Positions 49,745 to 60,020 of a stretch of 64,000 nucleotides of DNA are shown piece by piece (position 1 is the stretch's first letter; every line of letters starts with the position of its first letter). The notes below the pieces were generated by a model. It worked only from the letters and a program-made list of their open reading frames with translations. It was not told the origin of the DNA and did no database searches. This stretch comes from Patescibacteria group bacterium (GTDB lineage Bacteria > Patescibacteriota > Microgenomatia > JAMCZE01), in assembly GCA_023380635.1 (NCBI GenBank), contig JAMCRP010000001.1, positions 341,200 to 405,199 on the forward strand, in the 5' to 3' direction. Made by a program: the position numbers and the translations under genes.

Positions 49745-50209
49745 TTACCACCTCAGGTGGGCAAAGACTTTGTTGGCTTCAGCCATTTTTTGAACCTGGT
49801 CACGCTTTTTTAAGGCGTTGCCGGTTCCGGCCAAAACATCATTCATTTCTGCCGACAGTTTTTCTGCGAAAGTATGGTATTCCTTATTTGAGCGGCTTCG
49901 GGCAGCCTCCAATAACCATTTGATGGCCAGATGGATTTTGCGGTCGCCTTTCACCTCTGTCGGAACTTGATACGAGGCACCTCCCACCCGGCGAGGCCGG
50001 ACTTCCATCTTCGGAGCAATGGTATTAATAACCGTTTCCAGGGTTTTTGCCGGCTCTTCAAACTTTTTAAAAGCTTCGTAGATTTGGGCGGCAGCCACAC
50101 TCTTTTTCCCGTTAAACATCGACTTGTTGATGAGTTTGGTCATCAATTTGCTGTTATAAACGGGATCCGGTGGTGTCTCTCTTTTGGTAATTTTTCTTGA
50201 TCTTGGCAT
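49745..50209 (-). CDS. rpsG: 30S ribosomal protein S7
   Basis: MPRSRKITKRETPPDPVYNS start. Confidence 0.95.
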   Translation of the reverse strand: MPRSRKITKRETPPDPVYNSKLMTKLINKSMFNGKKSVAAAQIYEAFKKFEEPAKTLETVINTIAPKMEVRPRRVGGASYQVPTEVKGDRKIHLAIKWLLEAARSRSNKEYHTFAEKLSAEMNDVLAGTGNALKKRDQVQKMAEANKVFAHLRW

Positions 50210-50215
50210 AAATTT

Positions 50216-50653
50216 TTAGGCAGCGGCTGCCGATTTGGGTCCGGTTTCGCCGGCCTTGGCACCATATTTACTGCGCGATTGTTTTCTTCCCACTACTCCG
50301 CCGGTATCAAACTTCCCGCGGACAATGTGGTATTTCACACCAGGCAAATCTTTTACCCGGCCGCCACGGACTAAAACTATCGAATGTTCCGCAAGAGTGT
50401 GGCCGACACCCTGGATGTAAGCCGTTACTTCCTGCTTATTGGATAAGCGGACCCGGGCGACTTTTCGCAAAGCCGAGTTTGGTTTTTTCGGCGTCATCGT
50501 TTTGACCACAGTACAGACTCCCCGCTTAAAGGGAGATTCAATATTTTCCATCTGCCGGTCCTTGGCGTTAAAAAATTTCCGCAGGGCTGTCGCCCGGACT
50601 TTTTTAGCCTTGGATTTACGGCCCTTTTTGATAAGCTGATTAATAGTTGGCAT
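50216..50653 (-). CDS. rpsL: 30S ribosomal protein S12 (145 aa, with an N-terminal-region insertion and a short C-terminal tail)
   Basis: [13 protein letters not shown]...[16 protein letters not shown]...[19 protein letters not shown]. Confidence 0.95.
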   Translation of the reverse strand: MPTINQLIKKGRKSKAKKVRATALRKFFNAKDRQMENIESPFKRGVCTVVKTMTPKKPNSALRKVARVRLSNKQEVTAYIQGVGHTLAEHSIVLVRGGRVKDLPGVKYHIVRGKFDTGGVVGRKQSRSKYGAKAGETGPKSAAAA

Positions 50654-50657
50654 GGAA

Positions 50658-53600
50658 TTATTGCTCCAATCGGGCTCTTTCCGCGCTCGTCGGAATTAAG
50701 CGTCCAATTATAACATTCTCTTTCAGACCTGTCAGACTGTCATCGGCGCCGTGCAAAGCCGAATCGGACAAAACTTCGGTCGTGCGTTCAAAAGACGCGG
50801 CCGACAGCCAGGAGCTGGTATATAGTGCTGCCCGCGAAACCCCCAGCATGGTTACCTGAGCGGTCGCCGGTTCTCCTCCGGCAGCAATAACCCGGGCGTT
50901 TTCATCTTCAAAACGCACTTTTTCGGCAAATTCACCCGGCAGAAAAACGGTATCACCCGAAGTTTCGAGCCGGACCTTGTCCGACATCTTCCGGACAATA
51001 ACCTCAAAATGCTTGTCATTAATGGGAATCCCCTGGGATTCGTAAACCGCCTGCAACTCTTCGATTAAGTATTTCTGAGCACCAAACAATCCCCGGGCGG
51101 CCAGGACATCTTTAATATCCAGATAGCCGGAAGCCAGTTGTGTTCCGGCCGAAACCAAGTCGCCGTCACTGACTTTAAGCTGAGAAGTTAAAGGAATAAT
51201 GTATTCCCGTTCCTCAACCGGTTTGACACCATGGCTGCGAACCCGAACTTTGTAGCCGTCGGGCGTTTCGGTAACTTCAACTTTCCCGGCAATTTCGGCA
51301 ATCGGCGACAAAACCTTGGGCGAGCGGGTTTCAAAGAGCTCTTCTACCCGCGGCAAACCCTGAGTCACATCCGCCGCGACAGTACCTCCGGTATGCTTGG
51401 ATTTTAGCGTCAGCTGGGTTCCCGGTTCACCAATGGACTGAGCAGCCACAATCCCGACCGGCACGCCAATTTCCACCAGTTGGCGGCTGCTAAAGTCCCG
51501 GCCGTAACACTTCTGGCACAAACCGTACTTGGCTTTACATTTCAAGGGCGAACGGACCAAAACGGACTCAATCTTTTCTTTTTCAATTTCGGCGACGGCC
51601 GCTTCGTCAATTTCCGCGCCTGCGGCCACAATGGCTTTTTTGCCACTCTTGATATCAACGGCGGCTACCCGGCCCAAAATCCGGGAAGCAAACGAGGCAG
51701 GTCGGTTATCACTGCGGAAAATCTCAATACCATCGTCCGTTCGGCAATCCTCGAGCCGGATAATCATATCATGCGAGACATCCACCAGCCGGCGGGTCAA
51801 GTAGCCGGCATCGGCAGTTCTGATGGCAATATCAGCCAAACCTTTGCGGGAACCCCGGGTTCCGGTGACATATTCAAAAACAGATAAGCCTTCGCGGAAG
51901 TTTGTCTTGGTCGGAAGAGAAACAATTTTTCCGGTCGGATCTACCATCAGTCCCCGCATACCGGAAACCTGCTTAACATTATCCCGGCTGGATTTACCAG
52001 CACCGGATTCCAGAATCGTTTTAACCGGATTATCTTTGCCGTAAGCTTCCCAAGTTAGATCTGTCACTCTATCCGTTACCCGAATCCAAATATCAATCTG
52101 CAGCCGGCGCATTTCTTCAGCGGTAATTAAACCGGCTTTGTAATTTTCTTCCACTTCGGCTGCTTCCCGATCCCCTTCGGCAATAATTTCCTCTTTATTG
52201 GGAATCATGATCATGTCAAAGATTCCGACGGAAATACCGGAAGCCATTGAGCCGGAGAAACCAAGGTTTTTCAGGTTATCTAAAAGTTTAACCAGTTCAC
52301 TCTTTTCGACCAGATCCATCGCTTTGTTAAGGATAGACTTTAGTTTGCCGATGGTAATGGTTTCATTAATGTAACCAAGCTCTTTCGGAACAAATTCGTT
52401 AAGCATGATCCGACCCGCAGTGATTTCCATAGTCTGGTTTTCCTGGCGGACTTTAATTTTCTGGCGTAACTCAATCTTATGCTGTTGGTATGCAGTGATT
52501 ACCTCTGCAAAATCGGCAAAAATTGTCTCGCTGACGGGCAGTTTCTCGTCAATCGAAGTAAAGTAATAAATTCCCAGAATCATTTCTTTGTTGGGGAACG
52601 CCACCGGCATGCCGTCAGCCGGTTTAAGAAGATTATGCTCAGCCATCATCAGATTGACCGCTTCGCTCTTGGCGGCACTTGACAAGGGCACATGAACCGC
52701 CATTTGGTCACCGTCAAAGTCCGCGTTATAACCCGTACAAACCAGCGGGTGAACCTGAATAGCCGAGCCCTCAATCAGAACCGGATAAAAAGCCTGAATT
52801 CCCAGTTTATGCAGGGTCGGCGCCCGGTTTAAGAGAACCGGATGATTCTTGGTAATTTCTTCCAGAATGTCAAAAACTTCCGGAGTCCGTTTCTCCAAAA
52901 CATACTTGGCCGAGCGAACATTCGGGGAAGTTCCGCGCATAATAAGTTCCCGCAAAACGAACGGCTTAAACATTTCCAGCGCCATTTCCTTGGGCAATCC
53001 GCATTCAGACAAAGCCAGTTTCGGCCCGACGACAATGACCGACCGGCCGGAGTAATCGACCCGTTTTCCCAAAAGGTTCTGACGGAATCGCCCCTGTTTG
53101 CCCCGAAGCATGTCAGACAGACTTTTTAGCTCGTTTGTATTTGCCCGGGTACTGCTTCGCTGTGAAGCGTCAATTAACGCATCCACGGCTTCCTGAAGCA
53201 TCCGTTTTTCGTTACGAAGAATTATGTTCGGCGCACCCAAATCGATCAGGTGCTTGAGACGGTTATTGCGGTTAATAACCCGGCGGTATAAATCATTCAG
53301 GTCTGAAGTGGCGAACCGGCCGCCAGTTAACTGGACCATCGGCCGCAAATCCGGCGGGATTACCGGGAGCACCGACATAACCGTCCATTCCGGACGGATG
53401 GCGTTTCGGCGCATTCCGTCAATCACTCGTAGCCGCTTTGTGGCTTTAACTTTTTTCTGGCCGGTAGCTTCAACCAGTTCTTCCCGAAGGCTAGCCGCGA
53501 TTTTTTCCAGGTCCAGCTCTTTCAAAACTTTTTCGATGGCTTCGGCTCCCATTCCGACCTCAATAAAGTCGGCTGCGCCGTATTGGTCAAGCTTGAGATA

Positions 53601-54380
53601 TTCGTCTTCAGTCAGTTCCGAAATCTTTTTGACGCTTTTAACTAGATCTAAAAGAGTCCGGTAAATCTCGCCCAGGCGCTGTTTTTCCAGAGCGTTTTCG
53701 CTCTCCAGTTTGGCGATTTTTTGTTTGCTGGACAGTTCGATTTCCGAGATTGTCAGCCCCAACTGGTCTTTATCTTTAATCTTGGCTCTTTGCTCTTTGA
53801 TTTTCTCGTCACGCTCTTTTTCTTCTTCCTTCACCTGGCGATCAAAAGTCGTCGCCAACTCTTTTTGGCGCTCTTCCATGGTCTCTTTCAAAGTGGAAAT
53901 CGCTTCATCACGCTTGCTTTCATCCACACTCAAGACAAGGTAGGAAGCAAAGTAAACGACGTTTTCCAGTGCCTTTGGTGAAAGGTCCAGTATCAATGAC
54001 AACTTTGAAGGAGCTCCCTTAAAGTACCACACATGAACCACGGGAACCGCCAGGGAAATATGACCCATCCGTTCCCGGCGGACCTTTGACTGGGTTACTT
54101 CCACCCCGCACTTATCGCAGATAATTCCACGGTAGCGGATCCTCTTATATTTACCACAGTAACATTCCCAGTCCTTGGTTGGTCCGAAAATATTCTCACT
54201 GAACAGTCCGTCTTTCTCCGGCTTCAAGGTCCGGTAATTAATGGTTTCCGGTTTGGTTACTTCACCGTGCGACCACGCCAGAATCTGGGCCGGTGAAGCC
54301 AAAGTAATCTTCAAGCCCTTAAAGTCGACGATATTTGCCAGATTATCCTGCTGTGGTTTAGGATTGGTTAAATTATTCAT
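50658..54380 (-). CDS. rpoC: DNA-directed RNA polymerase subunit beta'
   Basis: Zinc finger [28 protein letters not shown] and the trigger-loop region; 1240 aa. Confidence 0.98.
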   Translation of the reverse strand: MNNLTNPKPQQDNLANIVDFKGLKITLASPAQILAWSHGEVTKPETINYRTLKPEKDGLFSENIFGPTKDWECYCGKYKRIRYRGIICDKCGVEVTQSKVRRERMGHISLAVPVVHVWYFKGAPSKLSLILDLSPKALENVVYFASYLVLSVDESKRDEAISTLKETMEERQKELATTFDRQVKEEEKERDEKIKEQRAKIKDKDQLGLTISEIELSSKQKIAKLESENALEKQRLGEIYRTLLDLVKSVKKISELTEDEYLKLDQYGAADFIEVGMGAEAIEKVLKELDLEKIAASLREELVEATGQKKVKATKRLRVIDGMRRNAIRPEWTVMSVLPVIPPDLRPMVQLTGGRFATSDLNDLYRRVINRNNRLKHLIDLGAPNIILRNEKRMLQEAVDALIDASQRSSTRANTNELKSLSDMLRGKQGRFRQNLLGKRVDYSGRSVIVVGPKLALSECGLPKEMALEMFKPFVLRELIMRGTSPNVRSAKYVLEKRTPEVFDILEEITKNHPVLLNRAPTLHKLGIQAFYPVLIEGSAIQVHPLVCTGYNADFDGDQMAVHVPLSSAAKSEAVNLMMAEHNLLKPADGMPVAFPNKEMILGIYYFTSIDEKLPVSETIFADFAEVITAYQQHKIELRQKIKVRQENQTMEITAGRIMLNEFVPKELGYINETITIGKLKSILNKAMDLVEKSELVKLLDNLKNLGFSGSMASGISVGIFDMIMIPNKEEIIAEGDREAAEVEENYKAGLITAEEMRRLQIDIWIRVTDRVTDLTWEAYGKDNPVKTILESGAGKSSRDNVKQVSGMRGLMVDPTGKIVSLPTKTNFREGLSVFEYVTGTRGSRKGLADIAIRTADAGYLTRRLVDVSHDMIIRLEDCRTDDGIEIFRSDNRPASFASRILGRVAAVDIKSGKKAIVAAGAEIDEAAVAEIEKEKIESVLVRSPLKCKAKYGLCQKCYGRDFSSRQLVEIGVPVGIVAAQSIGEPGTQLTLKSKHTGGTVAADVTQGLPRVEELFETRSPKVLSPIAEIAGKVEVTETPDGYKVRVRSHGVKPVEEREYIIPLTSQLKVSDGDLVSAGTQLASGYLDIKDVLAARGLFGAQKYLIEELQAVYESQGIPINDKHFEVIVRKMSDKVRLETSGDTVFLPGEFAEKVRFEDENARVIAAGGEPATAQVTMLGVSRAALYTSSWLSAASFERTTEVLSDSALHGADDSLTGLKENVIIGRLIPTSAERARLEQ

Positions 54381-57300
54381 GGGTTTCCTCCTTTATCTCT
54401 TCTTCACTTTTTTCTTCTTCAAGATTTTCGCCTTTTTCATGCGCTTCATGGGCTGAAGTTTCGGCAACATCGGTTTTGGCCTCCAGAACTTCTTCCATTT
54501 CCTTTACTTCTTTATCAGTTTTTTCTTTCGTTGGCAATGGGGTAGTCGTGGTTTGGGTTGTAGTCACAACCCCGGTCGGATTTATAGCCAAGCCCAAACT
54601 TTGCAGTTCTTTCACCAGAACTTTGAATGATTCCGGTATGGAAGACTGCGGAATATCCGTTCCTTTAACGATAGCTTCAAATGCTTTGGCCCGTCCGACG
54701 ACATCATCGGATTTAATCGTCAGCATTTCCTGCAGAGTGTAAGCAGCCCGGTGCGCTTCCAGAGCCCAAACTTCCATTTCTCCCAACCGCTGACCACCCA
54801 TTTGAGCTTTACCGCCGAGAGGCTGTTGGGTTACCAGTGAGTACGGTCCGGTCGAGCGGGCGTGCGTCTTGTCCTCGACCATGTGAATGAGTTTGAGGAA
54901 ATAGCCCGTCCCCACAACTACCTTTTGAGCATAAGGATCACCGGTCCGTCCGTCATAGACAGTCACTTTGCCGTCGACCGGCAGCTTTGCTTCTTCTAAA
55001 GCTTTGACAATCCAGTCTTCAGCAATCTTTTCGAATACCGGCACGGCCACTCTTTTACCCGCTCCACTCATGGCCCAACCCAAGTGGGTTTCCAGAAGCT
55101 GACCCAAATTCATCCGGCCTAAAACCGACAACGGCGAAATAATAACGTCCACCGGAGTACCATCCGCCAGATGGGGCATATCCGCAATCGGCACAATCCG
55201 GCTGATAACCCCTTTGTTTCCGTGGCGCCCGGCAACTTTATCGCCGATCGAAATCTTTCTGAATTGGGCAACTTTTACTTTAATGAGTTTATTAGTTCCC
55301 GGCGGCAGCTCGTCTCCGACGCTTTTGTCCAGAATATTAATGCCGATGACTGTACCGCGTTCGCCGTGCGGCATGCGAAGCGAAGTGTCGCGTACTTCCC
55401 GGGCTTTTTCGCCAAAAATAGCGCGCAGAAGTCTTTCTTCCGCTGATAATTCTGTCTCGCCTTTCGGGGCAATTTTTCCAACCAGAATGTCCCCCGGCCC
55501 GACTTCCGCGCCAATGACCACAATTCCGGTTTCGTCCAGATTGGCCAGATCAGATTCGCCGACATTGGGAATGTCCCGGGTAATTTCTTCCGGTCCCAGT
55601 TTGGTATCCACCAGTTCGCACTCGTGTTCCTCAATGTGGATACTGGACAAAACATCATCGCGTACCAGTCTTTCGGAAATAATAACCGCATCTTCATAGC
55701 CATAGCCGTCAAAGTGCATGTAAGCAATCCGCAGATTAGCCCCCAGGGCCAGCTCGCCATGGTCCGAAGCCGGACCGTCAATAATAACCTGACCTGCTTT
55801 AACCTTGTCGCCGACTTTTACCAGAGTTCTTTGGGAATAACAGGCGCCGTTGGGGTTAGTCCGGTAGAATTTCGTCACTTTGTAGGTATCAGCCGTCTTT
55901 TCGCCAGTTTTAATCACGACTTTATCTCCGTCAGCAAAAGAAACTTCACCACCATGTTCGGCTTTAACCACCCAGCCCATGGCCCCCGCAACAGCATCTT
56001 CTACCCCGGTTCCGACAACCGGAGCCTGAGGACGCACCAAGGGCACGGCCTGAGCCTGCATATTTGAACCCATCAAAGCCCGGACACCATCATCATGCTG
56101 CAGGAACGGAATCAAAGAAGCCGCCGCCCCCACTACCTGTCGGGGAACTACATCGATTAAATCAGCTTCGTCAGTGTTTACTTCAATGAATTCACCTTTG
56201 TAGCGGACCGGCACCCGGCTGTCAGTAATGACTCCGTGACTGTCGATACCTACTCCGGCATGCGTAATTTTGGATTCGCGTTCGTCATCAGCGGCCAGAT
56301 AAACAATTTCGTCAGTTAAAGCTACTTTATTGCCGGTCTTTTTCAGTTTCCGGTACGGCGCCAGTAAAAATCCATACTCGTCAACCCGGGCGTAAAGGCT
56401 CATGTAAGTAACCAGGCCAATGTTTGGTCCTTCAGGAGAACGAACCGGACAAATCCGGCTGTACTGGGAAGAATTAATATCCCGAATTGAAAAAGAGGCC
56501 CGGTCCCGGGAAATTCCGCCGACACCCATGACAGTTAACCGACGCAGACTGTCGACTTCCGACAGCGGATTGGTCTGATCCAAAATTGACGAGAGCTGCG
56601 AAGTCCGGAAAAATTCGTTCACGGCCGAAATAATCGGCCGGGCGTTAACCACCTGGTTGGGCATCACCTTGGTTTTCGGATCCAGAAGGCTCATCCGCTC
56701 TTTAACCGCCCGTTCCAATCTCAAAAGCCCGTCACGGAAAGCGACATTGCCCACCAGTTCCCCAACCCGGCGCAGCCGCCGGTTACCCAGATTATCAATA
56801 TCGTCAGTGTAAGTGTCGGGATCGTTTTTTTGCAGGCGAATGAGGTATTTGATCGTCGCCACAATATCTTGCCGAGTAATAATCTGATTTTCCGGAATAT
56901 TGGGAACATTTAATCCCAGGCGTTTATTAATCTTATAGCGGCCGACTTTGCCTAAATTGTAGCGGCGCGGCTGGAAAAATAGCGAGGCAATATAGTCCAT
57001 GGCAGTTTCGGCCACCACCGGTTCGCCCGGGCGCATCTTTTTATAAATTTCCATGGCGCCTTCGGCGCTGCCGTGAGTCACATCTTTTTTAAGGGTAGCT
57101 TCAACCAGTTCGTCATCACCCAGAGCTCTTTTAATTTCTTCGTCAGAGCCAATGCCGATGGCCCGCAGGAAGGTAGTGACCGGGAATTTGCGCCGGCGGT
57201 CAATCCGGACAGAAATCACATTATTGCGGCTGATGTTAAATTCCAGCCAGCTTCCTCTCAGGGGCCGGACCTCCGAAAAATAAAGCATTCTGCCGGTGAC

Positions 57301-57777
57301 GGGATCAATGTCGCCCAGGAAATAGACACCCGCAGAACGAACGAGCTGGTGAATAACCGCCCGCTCAATGCCATTAATAATGAAGGTGCCCGAGGGAGTC
57401 ATTACCGGCACCTCGCCAAGGAATACTTCCTGAGAAGTGGTTTCGCCGGTTCGCTTATTGAGAAGGGTAGCTTGGACCCGGATCGGCATGTCAAAGGTAA
57501 CACCTTTCAGGGCTGCGGAGACCGCCGTGTATTTCGGCTCGCCGAAAGTGTATTTACCTAAGGATAATTCCCAGTTCTTGCCGGTGAAATCAGAAATGGG
57601 CGAAACTTCGGCTAAAAGTTCGCCGATACCCTCATCGAGAAATTGCTGATAAGATTCGCGGTGGATAGAAACGAAGTCTAACTGCGGTAAAGAAGGATAG
57701 GATTTACCCCAATAAAGCCGTTCTACGGGCTTGGAGTCGGAAATTTTCGCAGCCGGTTTTTGGTTTTTCTTGGCCAT
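54373..57777 (-). CDS. rpoB: DNA-directed RNA polymerase subunit beta, with a C-terminal acidic tail
   Basis: Conserved beta-subunit blocks throughout. The tail is ...[15 protein letters not shown]. The ORF-track start is TTG 57783; the first ATG is 57777 (MAKKNQKP). Confidence 0.98.
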   Translation of the reverse strand: MAKKNQKPAAKISDSKPVERLYWGKSYPSLPQLDFVSIHRESYQQFLDEGIGELLAEVSPISDFTGKNWELSLGKYTFGEPKYTAVSAALKGVTFDMPIRVQATLLNKRTGETTSQEVFLGEVPVMTPSGTFIINGIERAVIHQLVRSAGVYFLGDIDPVTGRMLYFSEVRPLRGSWLEFNISRNNVISVRIDRRRKFPVTTFLRAIGIGSDEEIKRALGDDELVEATLKKDVTHGSAEGAMEIYKKMRPGEPVVAETAMDYIASLFFQPRRYNLGKVGRYKINKRLGLNVPNIPENQIITRQDIVATIKYLIRLQKNDPDTYTDDIDNLGNRRLRRVGELVGNVAFRDGLLRLERAVKERMSLLDPKTKVMPNQVVNARPIISAVNEFFRTSQLSSILDQTNPLSEVDSLRRLTVMGVGGISRDRASFSIRDINSSQYSRICPVRSPEGPNIGLVTYMSLYARVDEYGFLLAPYRKLKKTGNKVALTDEIVYLAADDERESKITHAGVGIDSHGVITDSRVPVRYKGEFIEVNTDEADLIDVVPRQVVGAAASLIPFLQHDDGVRALMGSNMQAQAVPLVRPQAPVVGTGVEDAVAGAMGWVVKAEHGGEVSFADGDKVVIKTGEKTADTYKVTKFYRTNPNGACYSQRTLVKVGDKVKAGQVIIDGPASDHGELALGANLRIAYMHFDGYGYEDAVIISERLVRDDVLSSIHIEEHECELVDTKLGPEEITRDIPNVGESDLANLDETGIVVIGAEVGPGDILVGKIAPKGETELSAEERLLRAIFGEKAREVRDTSLRMPHGERGTVIGINILDKSVGDELPPGTNKLIKVKVAQFRKISIGDKVAGRHGNKGVISRIVPIADMPHLADGTPVDVIISPLSVLGRMNLGQLLETHLGWAMSGAGKRVAVPVFEKIAEDWIVKALEEAKLPVDGKVTVYDGRTGDPYAQKVVVGTGYFLKLIHMVEDKTHARSTGPYSLVTQQPLGGKAQMGGQRLGEMEVWALEAHRAAYTLQEMLTIKSDDVVGRAKAFEAIVKGTDIPQSSIPESFKVLVKELQSLGLAINPTGVVTTTQTTTTPLPTKEKTDKEVKEMEEVLEAKTDVAETSAHEAHEKGENLEEEKSEEEIKEETHE

Positions 57778-57788
57778 CAACAAAAAGT

Positions 57789-57886
57789 GTCCCGAAGGAC
57801 TACAAAAACTAGCGAACCTACAATATGTTCGCCTAAAGACTTCTATTCAACTGAAGCTATTTTAGCAGAAAATCAGGTTTCGTCAA
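57789..57886 (-). promoter_or_regulatory. rpoB promoter candidate (TTGACG-N16-TGcTAAAAT) and 5' leader containing a GUCC-UUCG-GGAC tetraloop hairpin followed by a U-tract abutting the AUG
   Basis: Hexamers at 57859-57864 and 57881-57886 (minus orientation). The hairpin is at 57789-57800. No SD. Confidence 0.5.
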
Positions 57887-57894
57887 GAGGGAAA

Positions 57895-58794
57895 CTACTG
57901 GACATAATTAGCCACATTGGCGTTGTGTTCCTGGAGGGTTTTGGCAAAATGAGAGACGCCGTTTTTGTCGGCCACATAATATAAATAGTCGGTCTTGGCC
58001 GGATTAATCGCGGCCTGAATAGAAGCCAAGCCTGGATTACTGATTGGCCCTGGCGGCAAACCGGCATTTTGGTAGGTATTGTAAAGTGATTTAATTTTAA
58101 GATCGTCGAGAGTTAAATTCTGTTTCCAGTATCCAAGAGCATATTGGACTGTGGCATCAATATCCAAGGACATCCCTGCTTCCAGGCGGTTGTAAATGAC
58201 ACTGGCAATGAGTGGCCGGTCCTGTGGGTGTTTGGCTTCCCGTTCAACCATCGACGCGACAATTAGTTGTTGCGGGGTAACACTGGCGACTCTTGCGTCA
58301 AAAGTTTGCCGCATCAGTTGACGGACACTATCAATGGTGGCTGTCCGGGGAACCAAGTAAGTTTCAGGGAAATATTTTCCCTCTTCGTTCCAAGTACCAA
58401 CAGGCTCGGAAAGACCTTGTTTTTGCAGGTAACTAATGATTTCTGAACTTCGCCAGCCTTCAGGAATAGTAATTTTCACCTGTTCTTCCATGCCAAAAGT
58501 CAACGCTTTGGCAATTTCGGGAGTACTCATGGCCGGGGTAAGTTCAAAGGTTCCTGCCTGCGGATTTTTTTCCAGCCCCAGCCGGACCAAGAGAAAATAA
58601 ACAATCTGGTTACGAATAAGCCCTTTTTCTTTGAGGTTATTGGAAACTTCCCTGACGGTATCGCCTTTGGCGACCACAAAAGTCAGGTTAGTTTTGTCCG
58701 AAGTATTCACCGGCAGGAGGGAAACTTTCCACCAAAAAGCAGTCCCGATAACCAGAAGCACGAGGAGCCCGCCGGCCAGAATTAGCCTTTTCAT
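57895..58794 (-). CDS. mltG: Endolytic murein transglycosylase MltG (YceG family)
   Basis: N-terminal TM, then a YceG domain with GTFELTP and ...EREAKHPQDRPLIASVIYNRL. The true start is probably MKRLILAGG (58794). Confidence 0.85.
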   Translation of the reverse strand: MKRLILAGGLLVLLVIGTAFWWKVSLLPVNTSDKTNLTFVVAKGDTVREVSNNLKEKGLIRNQIVYFLLVRLGLEKNPQAGTFELTPAMSTPEIAKALTFGMEEQVKITIPEGWRSSEIISYLQKQGLSEPVGTWNEEGKYFPETYLVPRTATIDSVRQLMRQTFDARVASVTPQQLIVASMVEREAKHPQDRPLIASVIYNRLEAGMSLDIDATVQYALGYWKQNLTLDDLKIKSLYNTYQNAGLPPGPISNPGLASIQAAINPAKTDYLYYVADKNGVSHFAKTLQEHNANVANYVQ

Positions 58795-58798
58795 GGTT

Positions 58799-58978
58799 TC
58801 AGACCTCATCCATTTTGGCCCGACGGAATTTTCCACTTTCTTCAACATAAACCCGTTTGCATTTACAAATCACCATTTTCCCGTCTTTTTTACCTTTGGC
58901 CAGCGGCATACCGCAACCAACGCATTTGCCCTGGGAAAGTAACCACGCCTGAACGGGAGAAATTAAATTCTTAAACAT
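58799..58978 (-). CDS. Small zinc-ribbon protein (59 aa, CxxC...CxC)
   Basis: Hand-translated MFKNLISPVQAWLLSQGKCVGCGMPLAKGKKDGKMVICKCKRVYVEESGKFRRAKMDEV. It lies between yqgF and mltG. Confidence 0.4.
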   Translation of the reverse strand: MFKNLISPVQAWLLSQGKCVGCGMPLAKGKKDGKMVICKCKRVYVEESGKFRRAKMDEV

Positions 58979-58980
58979 GT

Positions 58981-59319
58981 TTACATGTTATCTAAGTAAC
59001 GCTGCAAAATCAAGGCCGCAGCCACAGCGTGCTGTTTTTGCTTATCTTTAGTTTTTATTCCGGCCGCTTCCACGCTGGTTAAAGTTTCGTCGACCGTTTC
59101 GATGGGCATTTTTGTCCAGGCCGCCAGCTTGTCGACAAAGACAAGGGTCTTTTTGGCCATGTTTTTCTCCGAAATACCCACCACCACTTTTTCAGGCTTT
59201 AGTCGTTCTACTTCTGCAAAAATATTTTTCGTGGGGACGGTTTTAAGCGGATCGGCCAAACTCCCTTCCGAAGTGGCTATACCGCACCAGCTTTCACCAT
59301 AATCTACTCCTAGAATCAT
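58981..59319 (-). CDS. yqgF: YqgF/RuvX-family putative pre-16S rRNA nuclease (Holliday-junction-resolvase-like)
   Basis: MILGVDYGESWCGIATSEG N-terminal motif. Syntenic with mltG as in Firmicutes. Confidence 0.75.
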   Translation of the reverse strand: MILGVDYGESWCGIATSEGSLADPLKTVPTKNIFAEVERLKPEKVVVGISEKNMAKKTLVFVDKLAAWTKMPIETVDETLTSVEAAGIKTKDKQKQHAVAAALILQRYLDNM

Positions 59320-60020
59320 ATCTGTATTAATTTAGCCCGGATAATGCCCCGTTTCCAGATTGTTCCCGGGGGAACGCAGGTGATTAAAGTGACATAAGAG
59401 GTATCGAATTTTTGCTCCAGAACGGAAATATCGTCCGGATCGACCACTTTTTTGTCAAAAACCTGATAATGGTAACGGACTCCGTCGGAATTAATATAAA
59501 TATCGTCACCTTCGTTTAAATCCATGAGAAAAGTAAAAATCCCGGAATAATTTGTCGGGCTGGCAAACTGGGGCAGCTCCGAATGGCCGAAAATAATGTT
59601 ATTCCCCCACTGCCCCGGCCCCGGTGAAGTCGGCCAGGCAACCAGAGATTTTTTTAGGTCTCCGCCAACTACAACATTAGCACCGTTTATTTTCAATTTC
59701 GGGATAGTGAGGGTATAGGCTTTCGCCACCGCTGACTGTGCCGCTAATACTTGACCTGAATTGGCAAACCAGGTAGAAGGATCATAAGATTGGTCCTCCT
59801 GCGCCCGGACTAACGGCCCAAAGGTCGAAGCCAACGGAGAAACTATTTTTGTACTTACCGACGGCATGACAAAGAAATACCACCCGACCACCGGCCAGGC
59901 TGCCTGAAAAATTAAAAAAATCCCTAAAACCAATAACAGGAGTGAGAAAATTCCGGCGGTTTTCGGATGCCGACGGGGAGGCTTAATTACCCGGGCCGGT
60001 CCTTTTACATAAGTGTCCAT
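59316..60020 (-). CDS. Sortase-family transpeptidase (N-terminal membrane anchor)
   Basis: Catalytic His (IFGHSE) and the TLITC Cys motif, plus a downstream Arg. Confidence 0.75.
   Translation of the reverse strand: MDTYVKGPARVIKPPRRHPKTAGIFSLLLLVLGIFLIFQAAWPVVGWYFFVMPSVSTKIVSPLASTFGPLVRAQEDQSYDPSTWFANSGQVLAAQSAVAKAYTLTIPKLKINGANVVVGGDLKKSLVAWPTSPGPGQWGNNIIFGHSELPQFASPTNYSGIFTFLMDLNEGDDIYINSDGVRYHYQVFDKKVVDPDDISVLEQKFDTSYVTLITCVPPGTIWKRGIIRAKLIQI

Noticed and set aside
50658-57783. Numerous internal/antisense ORFs in rpoC and rpoB (e.g. 51480..51887 +, 55275..55781 -, 57073..57561 +)
   Set aside because: They are overlapped entirely by the RpoC/RpoB frames and have no RBS or conserved features.
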